This document shows, one piece after another, positions 51,042-60,649 of a stretch of 64,000 nucleotides of DNA; within the stretch, counting starts at the first letter, position 1; each line of letters opens with the position of its first letter. The notes beneath the pieces are model-generated. The model saw only the letters and a program-made list of their open reading frames with translations. It searched no databases and was not told the DNA's origin. The DNA comes from a virus, in the IMG/VR virus record IMGVR_UViG_3300044613_002638, positions 32,001 to 96,000 of that record; one strand, written 5' to 3'. Position numbers and translations under genes: made by a program.

Positions 51042-51691
51042 AACAAATTGGAGTGTTTATTCCAGGTAGGTTAAGCAGCGAACGTTTACCTAATAAATTA
51101 ATTTTACCGCTAGACAACACAAATTTATGGGAAATAGCCTGTGACAAGCTTAACAATCTTCCAACTCAATATAATAAATATGTTTTATGTTATGAAACAG
51201 AATTAATTAATATAGCGAAAAATTTTAAAAACATCAAGATTATAAAAAGAAGTAAGAAGACTGCCGAAGTTGATGGTCCGTTGACCTATATTTTTAAAGA
51301 TTTAAAAACTACACAAGATTCACATTTAATGTTTCTAAACCCATGTTTGAGCCTACTTAAATTAGAAACCATACACCATGCTTTAGATGATTTTCGTGAA
51401 TCACAATTTGATTATGCAACAAGTGTTAAAACTTATAAAAATTGGTTGTGGAATGTAAACAAAAAAATATTAACTGACATAGATTATAAAACGTTAAACA
51501 CAAAATTAATAGGCGATTATTACCAAGCAGCTCATTGTTTTCATATCTTTAATAAAACTAAATTTTTTAAAACTGGAAAAATGCTGAGAAAAAATTTGCA
51601 ACTCATTGAAGTGCAAGATAGTGAAACAATAGACGTAGACACAAATGAAGATTACCTCTACGTAAAATGGAGATTTACCAATGGGAAATAA
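51038..51691 (+). CDS. neuA: CMP-nonulosonate synthetase (acylneuraminate cytidylyltransferase family)
   Basis: 'IPGRLSSERLPNK' and C-terminal 'IDVDTNEDY'. Confidence 0.8.
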   Translation: MKQIGVFIPGRLSSERLPNKLILPLDNTNLWEIACDKLNNLPTQYNKYVLCYETELINIAKNFKNIKIIKRSKKTAEVDGPLTYIFKDLKTTQDSHLMFLNPCLSLLKLETIHHALDDFRESQFDYATSVKTYKNWLWNVNKKILTDIDYKTLNTKLIGDYYQAAHCFHIFNKTKFFKTGKMLRKNLQLIEVQDSETIDVDTNEDYLYVKWRFTNGK

Positions 51692-52379
51692 ACAAGAAAT
51701 ATTAGCACAGTACGAGAGTAATAGAATAGAGTTTACTAATGTAGAACTAACAAAACCATACCCTGCAATTTTTACAGATAATAATAGTTTACCTATAAAA
51801 AACTTTGGAACGCAATTCAGTGATGTAATTGAACCTTATGCTGAAGAAATACAAAATCAACTCAATGATCCTACAAAAGTTGTAATTAGACAGTTTTATG
51901 ATAATAATGTTGTAAGGGCAACACTCAAAGATAATACCATAGTTAATCCAATAGTAAATTACTTTGAAGAACTTTTTGGACGAAAAGCCAATAAAATATT
52001 AGTAAACAGAGGATACCCGTCGAGTGTGCCAAGTTATCAATCACTCAATGATTGTGATCAAAATAATTATTGGTTAAGTCAATATTGGCATATAGCTAAC
52101 TTTCCAAATGAATCATTATCTTTAGGCATTTATCTCAACGATGTTGACATTGATGGCGGTCAAATTGAACATATTAAAAATCCAAATTATTATTTTTACA
52201 ATCGATTTGTTGAAGGTAGAAGTTTAAGTAGAATTAGTAATTTAATATTAGACGAAGATGATATAATATCAATTGTAGGACCAAAATTTACCACCTTTGC
52301 ATTTGTGGCTAATTTTATACACCGAGGAACTTTTCCTCGCAATGGGCTAAGAGATTTTATTAGAATTAGATTTGATTAA
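51681..52379 (+). CDS. Fe(II)/2-oxoglutarate (PhyH-like) enzyme with HxA instead of HxD
   Basis: 'WHIA...IYLNDVDIDGG...HRG...R'. Confidence 0.6.
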   Translation: MGNKQEILAQYESNRIEFTNVELTKPYPAIFTDNNSLPIKNFGTQFSDVIEPYAEEIQNQLNDPTKVVIRQFYDNNVVRATLKDNTIVNPIVNYFEELFGRKANKILVNRGYPSSVPSYQSLNDCDQNNYWLSQYWHIANFPNESLSLGIYLNDVDIDGGQIEHIKNPNYYFYNRFVEGRSLSRISNLILDEDDIISIVGPKFTTFAFVANFIHRGTFPRNGLRDFIRIRFD

Positions 52380-52975
52380 AAACGGTATCCAAATTCTTCT
52401 ATGACATTTGAAAACGATTTTTCAATCTTACTTTTAGTTTCATTTGTGTAAAGTTCTTGATAGTTTTTTACTTGCCTATACCCACTTTTTAAAAAAATTT
52501 CAAGCAATTCGTTATTGTATGGAACAGGAATATTTTGAAAATCCTCATGCAATGATTCGTATTTTATAATTTTATCTACTATAATGTTGTCATGTAATGT
52601 GTATCTGTGCCAATCATTGAACTTGTTCAAATCTATGCAATTTAAAAAATGTTCAAAACTATGTTTGGCTATGATAGCATTTCGAGCAATTTTGTACCAA
52701 AAGTAAAAACTAACCATGGTGTCCCAAGGATTACGTACAATAGCAAATTTAAAGTAATTCTTCCATTCAATAGGATAATTTTCAGCTACCCAACTGGCAC
52801 CTATATGGTTACCGTTTTTAATAAATGTTCCAAGTCGCGGCGTGTTATCAAAATTTGACCCTGTACAAATATCAGTAGTGGGGTCTAAATAATTGACTAA
52901 GTACTTTTCAACACTGGATCCAGCAGTTTTTTTTGTCTTAATAAATATGAAACTGTGTTTTCTTGAAATTATCAT
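52376..52975 (-). CDS. Sulfotransferase (Sulfotransfer_2 family)
   Basis: PAPS-binding 'FIFIKTKKTAGSSV' and 'KFAIVRNPWD..VSFY'. Likely start ATG 52975. Confidence 0.8.
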   Translation of the reverse strand: MIISRKHSFIFIKTKKTAGSSVEKYLVNYLDPTTDICTGSNFDNTPRLGTFIKNGNHIGASWVAENYPIEWKNYFKFAIVRNPWDTMVSFYFWYKIARNAIIAKHSFEHFLNCIDLNKFNDWHRYTLHDNIIVDKIIKYESLHEDFQNIPVPYNNELLEIFLKSGYRQVKNYQELYTNETKSKIEKSFSNVIEEFGYRF

Positions 52976-52985
52976 GTAATTATAT

Positions 52986-53864
52986 ATGACTAACAAAATA
53001 TTTTTTATAGCTGAAATTGGGATCAATCATAATGGATCCATAAAAACAGCACTACGACTAATTAGAGAGTGCAAAGCAGCTGGAGTTAACCTAGTTAAAT
53101 TTCAAAAAAGAACACCTGCTATATGCGTACCTTTGGATCAACGAAATCAAAAAAGACAAACTCCTTGGGGCATATTAACTTATTATGATTACAAAAACAA
53201 GATTGAATTCGAAAAAAAGCACTACGACATAATTGATCGCTACTGTAAAAAAATTGGAATTCTGTGGACCGCTAGTGTGTGGGATATACCTAGTTTTAAT
53301 TTTATTCAAAATTATAATGTACCATTTGTCAAAATTCCCAGTGCCTTAATTACTAATGTTAAGTTGCTAGAAGAAGTTGCTATGTTTGCTACATGTCCAG
53401 TTATTATTTCTGTAGGAATGAGCACAATAAATGAAGTAGATAGAGCTGTTAGCATATTGTCAGACAAGTTATATGCTATTCTACATTGTAACAGTTCATA
53501 CCCATCAAAATACAATGAAATAGATATACGTGTTATAGAAACTTTGAAGTTAAAATATCCAAATTTAACAATTGGTTATAGCGGACACGAAAAAGACATT
53601 TTACCAAGTATAGTTGCAGCAAGTTTTGGTGCAGAGATAATCGAAAGACATGTAACTCTTAATAAAAATATGTGGGGTACAGATCACTCTGCTAGTCTTG
53701 ACATCACAGAATTAAACTTATTATTGCAAACTTTGCAAAACATAGAAATTATTTTAGGAAAAAAGGAACTAACTGTTTACCCAAGTGAAACAGCAGCAAT
53801 GCAACGTCTAAGGATTGACAGCAACTTTTTGGTAAATACTGAGTCTGGTGCTCATGGAACTTAA
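52986..53864 (+). CDS. neuB: N-acetylneuraminate/nonulosonate synthase
   Basis: 'IAEIGINHNGS', 'VKFQKR', 'LHCNSSYP', 'GYSGHE' and 'IERHVTL...DH'; lacks the C-terminal SAF domain. Confidence 0.9.
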   Translation: MTNKIFFIAEIGINHNGSIKTALRLIRECKAAGVNLVKFQKRTPAICVPLDQRNQKRQTPWGILTYYDYKNKIEFEKKHYDIIDRYCKKIGILWTASVWDIPSFNFIQNYNVPFVKIPSALITNVKLLEEVAMFATCPVIISVGMSTINEVDRAVSILSDKLYAILHCNSSYPSKYNEIDIRVIETLKLKYPNLTIGYSGHEKDILPSIVAASFGAEIIERHVTLNKNMWGTDHSASLDITELNLLLQTLQNIEIILGKKELTVYPSETAAMQRLRIDSNFLVNTESGAHGT

Positions 53865-53866
53865 TA

Positions 53867-54580
53867 ATGCAAAGCATTAAAAAACTATTTAGAAATATCT
53901 ATTATGAAGAAGATATTTACACCCTTGCTTCTTATACAAACGGCCAATGGAATTACGAATTAGAAAATGTTCCTAAAACTATTAACAATGTCCGTCACGG
54001 GCAAACTGCTATAGTTATAGGTAACGGATTAGATAGATTAACATTTGATTTAAAATACTTAAAAAAAAGCAAACTGCAAACTTACGGGTGTAATGCTCTT
54101 TATAGAGATTTTAACCCAGATTTTTTGATAGCTGTAGGCACTGAAATGTGTAATGAAATCGCAACAAGTGGTTATTGCGATAATCATGTAGTATATGCCT
54201 ATGCTAGTGAAATTGTTCGGCAACCAAAGAAATTTCACTTGATTCCACAAAACCCAACTTGGAACGCAGGATCTTTAGCAGCCTATCTGGCTTGTTTTGA
54301 TGGACACACCAAAGTCTATCTACTAGGTTTTGATGGCAACGATACTCCGGGATATAGCAATAATATTTACAATAACACCCCAGGATATTACTCAGACTTC
54401 AAAGATCAAAATGACCTGTATTGGAGTCTTACAATGACACAGGTCTTTAAAACATACCTTTTTGTTGATTTTGTGTTAGTTAATAGTACTGGCAGAGGTT
54501 ATATGCCTACAGCATGGCAAAATGTACCTAATTTAAGAAGAATTAGTTATAGAGATCTAGTGCTCGAGTGCGATCTCTAA
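53867..54580 (+). CDS. Maf/DUF115/sialyltransferase-like protein
   Basis: 'AIVIGNG', 'YGCNALYRDF.PDFL', 'NAG..A.YLA' and 'VYLLGFD' match the Maf/CstII-type GT-A pattern; TAAATA at 53833. Confidence 0.55.
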   Translation: MQSIKKLFRNIYYEEDIYTLASYTNGQWNYELENVPKTINNVRHGQTAIVIGNGLDRLTFDLKYLKKSKLQTYGCNALYRDFNPDFLIAVGTEMCNEIATSGYCDNHVVYAYASEIVRQPKKFHLIPQNPTWNAGSLAAYLACFDGHTKVYLLGFDGNDTPGYSNNIYNNTPGYYSDFKDQNDLYWSLTMTQVFKTYLFVDFVLVNSTGRGYMPTAWQNVPNLRRISYRDLVLECDL

Positions 54581-54997
54581 AGCTGATTCAAATGTTTTTA
54601 TTTTGTCAATAATACAATTAAAACTAAAAGTTCTCCATACACCAGGGTGAAGTGGTTTAGGACAATCGTTGATAGTAGTCCATGCATAACCTCGATGTTC
54701 AGAGTTTAGTTGTGGTATAAATTCATCATCAACTGTTATTAAATAGGTATGATATTCAAAACTGGTGTTTTCTGCTGTAAATTTTTCTAAAGGTATTATT
54801 TTTAAAATTTCAATGTCGCCAATTTCTTCGTTGATTTCTCTTCTTAGTGCATTTATGGGAGTTTCGTTTTGCTCAACACCACCGCCAACCAAACCCCATG
54901 ATCCTGAATGTTTTTTTTGATTTCTTAACAAAAACAAATATCGATGAGTTTTTTTACTATAAATTAAAGCACCACATCCTATATTACTATTGACCAT
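54557..54997 (-). CDS. Nudix hydrolase
   Basis: Nudix box GGVEQNETPINALRREINEEIG. Confidence 0.88.
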   Translation of the reverse strand: MVNSNIGCGALIYSKKTHRYLFLLRNQKKHSGSWGLVGGGVEQNETPINALRREINEEIGDIEILKIIPLEKFTAENTSFEYHTYLITVDDEFIPQLNSEHRGYAWTTINDCPKPLHPGVWRTFSFNCIIDKIKTFESALEIALEH

Positions 54998-56337
54998 TCG
55001 CCGCCTCGATATACACCTTCTACACTTTTAACCCATTCACTACCAGTCCATCTGTACTGTATACCAGTAAGATTATTAAGTATATATTCCATTGAAGTTT
55101 CAGTGTCGCTATCAAATACAACTTGCCACGATGATCCATTGTATTGAATAATATCGTTAGCATTTGCCACCAGGTCCCCCCATACTACGCTACCATCTAG
55201 GTTACTGAGACTGCCAATATCGTCGGTCAATAAATATCTAGTATTTGCACTTGGTGCCAATAAGTTGCTATCAACTTTTACATTTTGAGGATTAATAATT
55301 GCATCAACTGGCATTAATGTATTTGACGGAAGTGTGTCTTCAAACGGATCATATAGTAGAATGTATGGATCGGTGGGATGATATGCTATTGTGCCGATTA
55401 ACTCTGCTCCAGTAGGCAAAGCTAATCTAATTTCTGTTGTACCTGTTACTAGAGTTCCATAAATTTCTATTACCGATTTCCAGGTTACCGGTGGTTGCAC
55501 ATTTATGATATTATTGTTATCATCGACAACTTCTTGATATTTTAATAACTGTAGTTGGTTGCCAGTGTATAATATTCCATAATCCAATGGGGTTACATAT
55601 CTTCTAGATACTAAGTTAGTTAATAAAGTATTTTCATTGAGCATGCCTTGTTCGTCGTATATGCTGCCTATAAATTTTTGAATTACGCCCAAGCGTTTTA
55701 CTTTAGCAGGTGCGCTTATCCAAATTGGCATTGTAAATGTTAGTGTAGCAACATCAATGGGTTCTTCTGTTCCAGCTGGTATTACTCTAGATGTCCACAA
55801 CACACTTGTTAGCTGTACATAGCTCAAACTGGCCCAATCAATGTAATTGTCAGTGCTTTGAATTTCAAATGAAGGATTAAACAATACAGCCAATTGTTCA
55901 ATCAATTGCATTTTTTGTTCGGTATTACTAGTCCATATATCTAATTTGACTTCGAGATTATAAGGAACTGGCATTAATCGTTCAATGGTATAACTGTCGC
56001 CTTGTTGATTTGAATAAAGTCCTGTTTCTGGATCGTATTGCCGTTCTCGTAACTGCATTTTACTTACAAAATAAGGCTCTTGGACTCTAGTTTGATCGTA
56101 AGTAAAACCACTGATATAGGCACTCATTGCCGGTACTGCATTCATTATATTTTCGCTGTTTTGTTTAAGTATTGTGGCTGCTTGTCTGCTAGGGTCACCA
56201 TAATAAACAGGAACTCTTTGTAACGTTCTTACACCATCTCGGTCCTTGCCAAATTCTACGTCAAAGTTACTTACGATTCTTATAAATTGAATTAAGAATC
56301 TTCTTATTTGCGCATCGTAAAAGAATTGTTGAGCCAT
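54979..56337 (-). CDS. gp15: Tail completion / sheath stabiliser (gp15-like) with C-terminal extension
   Basis: 'FFYDAQIRR', 'VPVYYG', 'PVPYNL' and 'QLIEQL..LFNP'. Confidence 0.72.
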   Translation of the reverse strand: MAQQFFYDAQIRRFLIQFIRIVSNFDVEFGKDRDGVRTLQRVPVYYGDPSRQAATILKQNSENIMNAVPAMSAYISGFTYDQTRVQEPYFVSKMQLRERQYDPETGLYSNQQGDSYTIERLMPVPYNLEVKLDIWTSNTEQKMQLIEQLAVLFNPSFEIQSTDNYIDWASLSYVQLTSVLWTSRVIPAGTEEPIDVATLTFTMPIWISAPAKVKRLGVIQKFIGSIYDEQGMLNENTLLTNLVSRRYVTPLDYGILYTGNQLQLLKYQEVVDDNNNIINVQPPVTWKSVIEIYGTLVTGTTEIRLALPTGAELIGTIAYHPTDPYILLYDPFEDTLPSNTLMPVDAIINPQNVKVDSNLLAPSANTRYLLTDDIGSLSNLDGSVVWGDLVANANDIIQYNGSSWQVVFDSDTETSMEYILNNLTGIQYRWTGSEWVKSVEGVYRGGEWSIVI

Positions 56338-57722
56338 TAATTATCTGCCTTGGGTCTTAAAGCCTGGCTTAAACTTTGCCTACTAGTGACTTCGCCAGTG
56401 TTGTTTACAAATGTACTGGTGTTATTAATAAAGTAACTACGTAATGTAGTGTTATCAGGACCTTGAGTTAGTGTAGTCCTTACATTATCTTCTATTTTTA
56501 CCCAGCGTCTGCCGTCCCATCTAAATAACCTATTAGGCAGATAATCAGTGCGTAAAGCATAATCGCCTACTAGCGGATTATTAGGAAATGCTATTCCAGA
56601 AAATACTGGTAAACCATTTGGTGCTGAGCCTGTGCCGGTTAAGTAACCTTGAACAGTAGCATCAGGACTTTCAATGCCGCTGTCGGCATCTACTGTAACA
56701 TTATCTCCTGTTGAAATATTGTTATCAGCCGAAACACCTGATGGGTCTCCTGGACTACCATCGGGTTGGGTAGGTTTGATGTATAAAGTGCTAATGTCAT
56801 AACCACTAAACGGAACATTAGTTTCTGCTTCACGTAATATCGCATCATTAATTTCTATGTACTTGTTTACAATGCTAGATACAGATCCCAATGATACATT
56901 GCCTGTATTTCCTGTTATTGGATCAATATCAACTTTTATTTGATTTAAAATATCTTTATATTCTTGACTATCTGTAAGTGGATTTATTTTAACACGCCAT
57001 AAATGCGGCCACCATGTTGCAGAATATCCTTCTGCAGCATTATTACAATCACTAATTACATAGTATCTTTTTAGAGCCACTGGTATGCTATCATCAAGGG
57101 GGTAGTAATCTTTAAGATGCATGAGTTCAATGACATCACCTGGCATTAATTTTCTGCCTAAACTAGCAACTAAGTCATTAATATGAAACACCATGAATAA
57201 AGTTCCAGTTTGCAGGAACATGCCAAATTGGCTGAGATCAAATGTTACGTCTTGTGTTTGATATATCCCTCGCAATGAATAAACATTAGGATCATATTTT
57301 CTATCACGATTTTCTAAAAACAAAAGATCTTGTATGTTAAGAGCAGATTCATTAATATAGCTAGGCTTGGCTGCATCAGTATAAAATTTTACAGTTGCGC
57401 CTGATGACAATGCACTTGTAGTACTAGCGGTAAGTGTTATTGTATTTGCTGTTTTAGCAGATACCTGGGTACCTGTAGCGATACCAGTAGCAGTTACAAA
57501 CATACCTAGATCAATGTCTGATGTTGAAGAAAACGAAAGTATGTTGCCTGCAACGGGCTGGGCCGAACTTGTTGTTTTTGTTAAATTTTGCTCAGTTGTA
57601 CCAAGATATTTGTGTACCAAGATGCCAGTTCCGCCAACAGTGAACATTTCACTGATATTGCGGTCAATGTATTTGTAGTCGTTACTATGAGCTCCGTCTT
57701 TCCAAAGCGATAATCTTGGCAC
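56337..57722 (-). CDS. Neck / head completion protein (gp14-like)
   Basis: 'DLSQFGMF' and 'GDVIEL.HL'; GTG start; late promoter at 57743 (-); next to the gp15-like gene. Confidence 0.6.
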   Translation of the reverse strand: MPRLSLWKDGAHSNDYKYIDRNISEMFTVGGTGILVHKYLGTTEQNLTKTTSSAQPVAGNILSFSSTSDIDLGMFVTATGIATGTQVSAKTANTITLTASTTSALSSGATVKFYTDAAKPSYINESALNIQDLLFLENRDRKYDPNVYSLRGIYQTQDVTFDLSQFGMFLQTGTLFMVFHINDLVASLGRKLMPGDVIELMHLKDYYPLDDSIPVALKRYYVISDCNNAAEGYSATWWPHLWRVKINPLTDSQEYKDILNQIKVDIDPITGNTGNVSLGSVSSIVNKYIEINDAILREAETNVPFSGYDISTLYIKPTQPDGSPGDPSGVSADNNISTGDNVTVDADSGIESPDATVQGYLTGTGSAPNGLPVFSGIAFPNNPLVGDYALRTDYLPNRLFRWDGRRWVKIEDNVRTTLTQGPDNTTLRSYFINNTSTFVNNTGEVTSRQSLSQALRPKADN

Positions 57723-57761
57723 AATTGTTTCCTGTTATCTAGTATTTAGCGGACACCAAAA

Positions 57762-57790
57762 TTGACACAAATTAGGCAATGCTATATACT
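57762..57790 (+). promoter_or_regulatory. Sigma70-type early promoter
   Basis: TTGACA-17 nt-TATACT. Confidence 0.75.
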
Positions 57791-57795
57791 ATATT

Positions 57796-58077
57796 ATGAG
57801 TGATTTTAATTCTCTCGACGACTGGCCGGCTATAGATAGCCAAATTAGACGCAATCTATGGGCCATGTACAACTTGGCAAACAAACGTCAGCTGGAGCGT
57901 ATGTACAGAAATTTGGAGGCAAGTGTAAATGAACTTAGCCGGTTAAATGTTGATAGACGTAGGTACGGACACTCTGTACGCTATGACGAACAGTTAACAA
58001 AAGTGCAACAAGAGTTGCAAGAATTGCAAGGTTGGCTAATGTTTGGTGCCCTACTTGACCAAAAACCCAAAGAGTAG
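57796..58077 (+). CDS. Hypothetical helical protein
   Basis: 93-aa ORF starting 6 nt after a -10 box, so probably a leaderless mRNA. Confidence 0.6.
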   Translation: MSDFNSLDDWPAIDSQIRRNLWAMYNLANKRQLERMYRNLEASVNELSRLNVDRRRYGHSVRYDEQLTKVQQELQELQGWLMFGALLDQKPKE

Positions 58078-58083
58078 TATAAT
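58055..58083 (+). promoter_or_regulatory. Sigma70-type early promoter
   Basis: TTGACC-17 nt-TATAAT. Confidence 0.8.
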
Positions 58084-58112
58084 TATATTTTATACAACTC
58101 AAGGAGTTTGTA

Positions 58113-59282
58113 ATGGCACTTGCACAGTCTATCAAAGCACCCAAAAAAGCCCCACCAAAAAAGCGTGATCCACTGTTCGCTGATGAGAAGCACACAGGAC
58201 GTGAACCAGTGTGGGATACTGAACGAGCACTTGCAATGACGCAAGAAGAATTCGATCATCACTTGCGTAAAAGTTTTTTCTACTACAATTATTTTTATAG
58301 TACCAAAGACCTAAAAAAATATGTAGTAGATTGGATGAAGGATCATTATAGCAAAGTAGATGTCAGTCGCTTTATTCGTAGTAGCGATCGACTACTTCCT
58401 ATCACTGTTTGTAGTTTGATTAAAGCACACAAACAAGGCATGCCGTTGCGTGACAAAGAATTGAACTACGTTCGGGACCGCATAGACGAAATCTTGGGCA
58501 GTGATATTCCAGAAGAAGTTGTACAAAATACCGCAGTGGTTGCACCTGCTGCTGTAAAAACTATCCAAGATCGTCTTAATGAAAAAACCAGCGAACATCT
58601 AGGACACTTTGAAGGCTTGTATGACGAAGTAGTGGCAGGTGGCACAGTTGACCCAAAAGCTTACGACTATCTAGTAAGCAATGCAGTGCCGCAAAGTCAA
58701 ATTAAAAAGTTTGAAGATTTGTTCTTAGCTCGCAAAACTGAACTAGGCGAAGCACTAGGTCGGGCTGACGAACAAATAGCCGAAGCATATCGTCACTACA
58801 AGGCTTCTGACTATAAGCGCCATCATGCGTTTATTCAAAGTATATTAGACGCACTAGACCAGTATCGTAATGTCAAGAAAGCAACTAAAAAAGCTCGTGT
58901 CAAACGGGCACCTAATAAAGAAAAGGTTGTTAGCAAGCTCAAGTATTTAAAAGAAGAAAAGACACTAAAATTGGTGTCTATAAATCCGGTAGATATTATT
59001 GGTGCACAAGAATTATGGTGTTATAACACTAAAACTCGTAAATTATACAAGTATGTTGCTGATAGTGTAACTGGACCTTTGGGCATCAAAGGTACTTCAC
59101 TGACTGGCTACAATGAATCTTCAAGCATTGGCAAAACACTTAGAAAGCCCGAAGAAAAGCTAAAAGAGTTCTTCAAAGCTACCAAAGTGCAATTGCGTAA
59201 ATTCTTAGAAGATATCAAAGCCACAGAAACGCTAGGCAATGGACGTTTAAATTCAGATACCATTCTCCTTAAAGTGCAATAA
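58113..59282 (+). CDS. Basic hypothetical protein, early-expressed
   Basis: 389 aa with RBS aaggag and a Lys-rich C-terminal domain; no function recognised. Confidence 0.7.
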   Translation: MALAQSIKAPKKAPPKKRDPLFADEKHTGREPVWDTERALAMTQEEFDHHLRKSFFYYNYFYSTKDLKKYVVDWMKDHYSKVDVSRFIRSSDRLLPITVCSLIKAHKQGMPLRDKELNYVRDRIDEILGSDIPEEVVQNTAVVAPAAVKTIQDRLNEKTSEHLGHFEGLYDEVVAGGTVDPKAYDYLVSNAVPQSQIKKFEDLFLARKTELGEALGRADEQIAEAYRHYKASDYKRHHAFIQSILDALDQYRNVKKATKKARVKRAPNKEKVVSKLKYLKEEKTLKLVSINPVDIIGAQELWCYNTKTRKLYKYVADSVTGPLGIKGTSLTGYNESSSIGKTLRKPEEKLKEFFKATKVQLRKFLEDIKATETLGNGRLNSDTILLKVQ

Positions 59283-59307
59283 ATACGTTGTACTTTAGGA
59301 TATATGG

Positions 59308-60228
59308 ATGTCTAACCCTTTTACTGGTAATGTAGTTCCTGATACAACTTATTTTTACGCCAATGGCGTGTTGAAATCAGATAGTCTTTATAACCCTGCT
59401 ACTGGATCTGGTGTAGGGCATATTGAGTTTGACGAAAACGCAGAATGGTTAGACTCGCTTAACAAGCGTCGAGCCGCAATTACAGACTACATCAGGATGA
59501 GGCTCGGCGATGGTATTGTTGATGTAGAACTCGACAAGGAGCATTACGAAATGTCCATTGATCAGGCTTTGCTAAAATATAGACAGCGAGCTGGGAATAG
59601 TCAAGAAGAAAGCTATGCATTCTTAAAATTATTTCCTGAAACACAGGAAATCATACTGCCTAGTGTTGTTATGGATGTTAGAGCTGCATATAGACGCGGC
59701 ATTGGGTCAGTTTCGGGCACAACTGCTAGTCAATTTGAACCATTTGCATCAGGTTATTTAAATACCTATATGCTAGTGGCAGGGCGTGTGGGCGGATTGC
59801 TGAATTACGAATTGTTTGTTGATTATCAAAAACTAGCCATGCGTATGTTTGGCGGTTATTTAAACTATACATTTAACAAAACAACTAAAAAACTTACACT
59901 GATTAGAAAAATTCCTTTTGCAGGAGCTAATTCTAATCCCAATGATTTTGAAGATGTATTACTGCACTTGTATAACTACAAGCCAGATAGTATGTTATTA
60001 AACGACTATCAGGCATTTCCTTGGATACAAGAATATGCCTATAGTTTTGCCAAACGAATAGTAGGCGAAGCTAGAGAAAAATTTGCTAGTATTGCAGGAC
60101 CACAAGGTGGTACGCAACTAAACGGTGCCACACTTAAAGGTGAAGCTACCGCTGAAATGGAAAAGTTGGAACAAGAATTGAAAGATTATGTTGATGGTTC
60201 TTATCCAATGACATGGGTGATAGGCTAA
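59308..60228 (+). CDS. gp13: Neck protein (gp13-like)
   Basis: 'YIRMRLGDGIVDVEL', 'WIQEYA..AKRIVGEAREKF..I.GP.GG..LNG'. Confidence 0.78.
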   Translation: MSNPFTGNVVPDTTYFYANGVLKSDSLYNPATGSGVGHIEFDENAEWLDSLNKRRAAITDYIRMRLGDGIVDVELDKEHYEMSIDQALLKYRQRAGNSQEESYAFLKLFPETQEIILPSVVMDVRAAYRRGIGSVSGTTASQFEPFASGYLNTYMLVAGRVGGLLNYELFVDYQKLAMRMFGGYLNYTFNKTTKKLTLIRKIPFAGANSNPNDFEDVLLHLYNYKPDSMLLNDYQAFPWIQEYAYSFAKRIVGEAREKFASIAGPQGGTQLNGATLKGEATAEMEKLEQELKDYVDGSYPMTWVIG

Positions 60229-60602
60229 TGAAAATTAAAGATATTATTGTTGAAACGGCAGGAGAATTAAGTAAGCGTCAACGTTTTGCAATGCGCGGAC
60301 TCAATCGATTTACAGATGGTAAAAAATGGAACAGCGATTATACACTCTATCGCTTAGGACTTGCATTAGCAGCCACTGATGGTAAAACTATGCCGCCGGT
60401 GGATGAAGAATCCTGGTTAGGTAAGTGGAAAGCTACCGCCCCATACAGCAAAGAAGAACAAGATATGTTGAAATTAGCGTACAAACAGGTACATGCTAAC
60501 TACGAAGACATGAACAATGGTGATATGCGTAGTCAGGAGGGACCGACGATTAACAAAAGCAGTCCGGTACCAAAAAAAATAAAAAACAAATATGGTGTTT
60601 GA
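60228..60602 (+). CDS. Possible head-internal protein
   Basis: Start ATG 60228 overlaps the gp13 stop; N-terminus MKIKDIIVE. Confidence 0.55.
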   Translation: MKIKDIIVETAGELSKRQRFAMRGLNRFTDGKKWNSDYTLYRLGLALAATDGKTMPPVDEESWLGKWKATAPYSKEEQDMLKLAYKQVHANYEDMNNGDMRSQEGPTINKSSPVPKKIKNKYGV

Positions 60603-60626
60603 CTTGCACTTACACTGTAGTATAAT
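60599..60626 (+). promoter_or_regulatory. Sigma70-type promoter for dNMP kinase
   Basis: TTGACT-16 nt-TATAAT. Confidence 0.7.
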
Positions 60627-60649
60627 ATGCTCCTTAGGGGGCATTTTTT
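60627..60649 (+). terminator. Terminator-like hairpin for the upstream late transcript
   Basis: atgctcc-ttag-ggggcat followed by a T-run. Confidence 0.5.
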
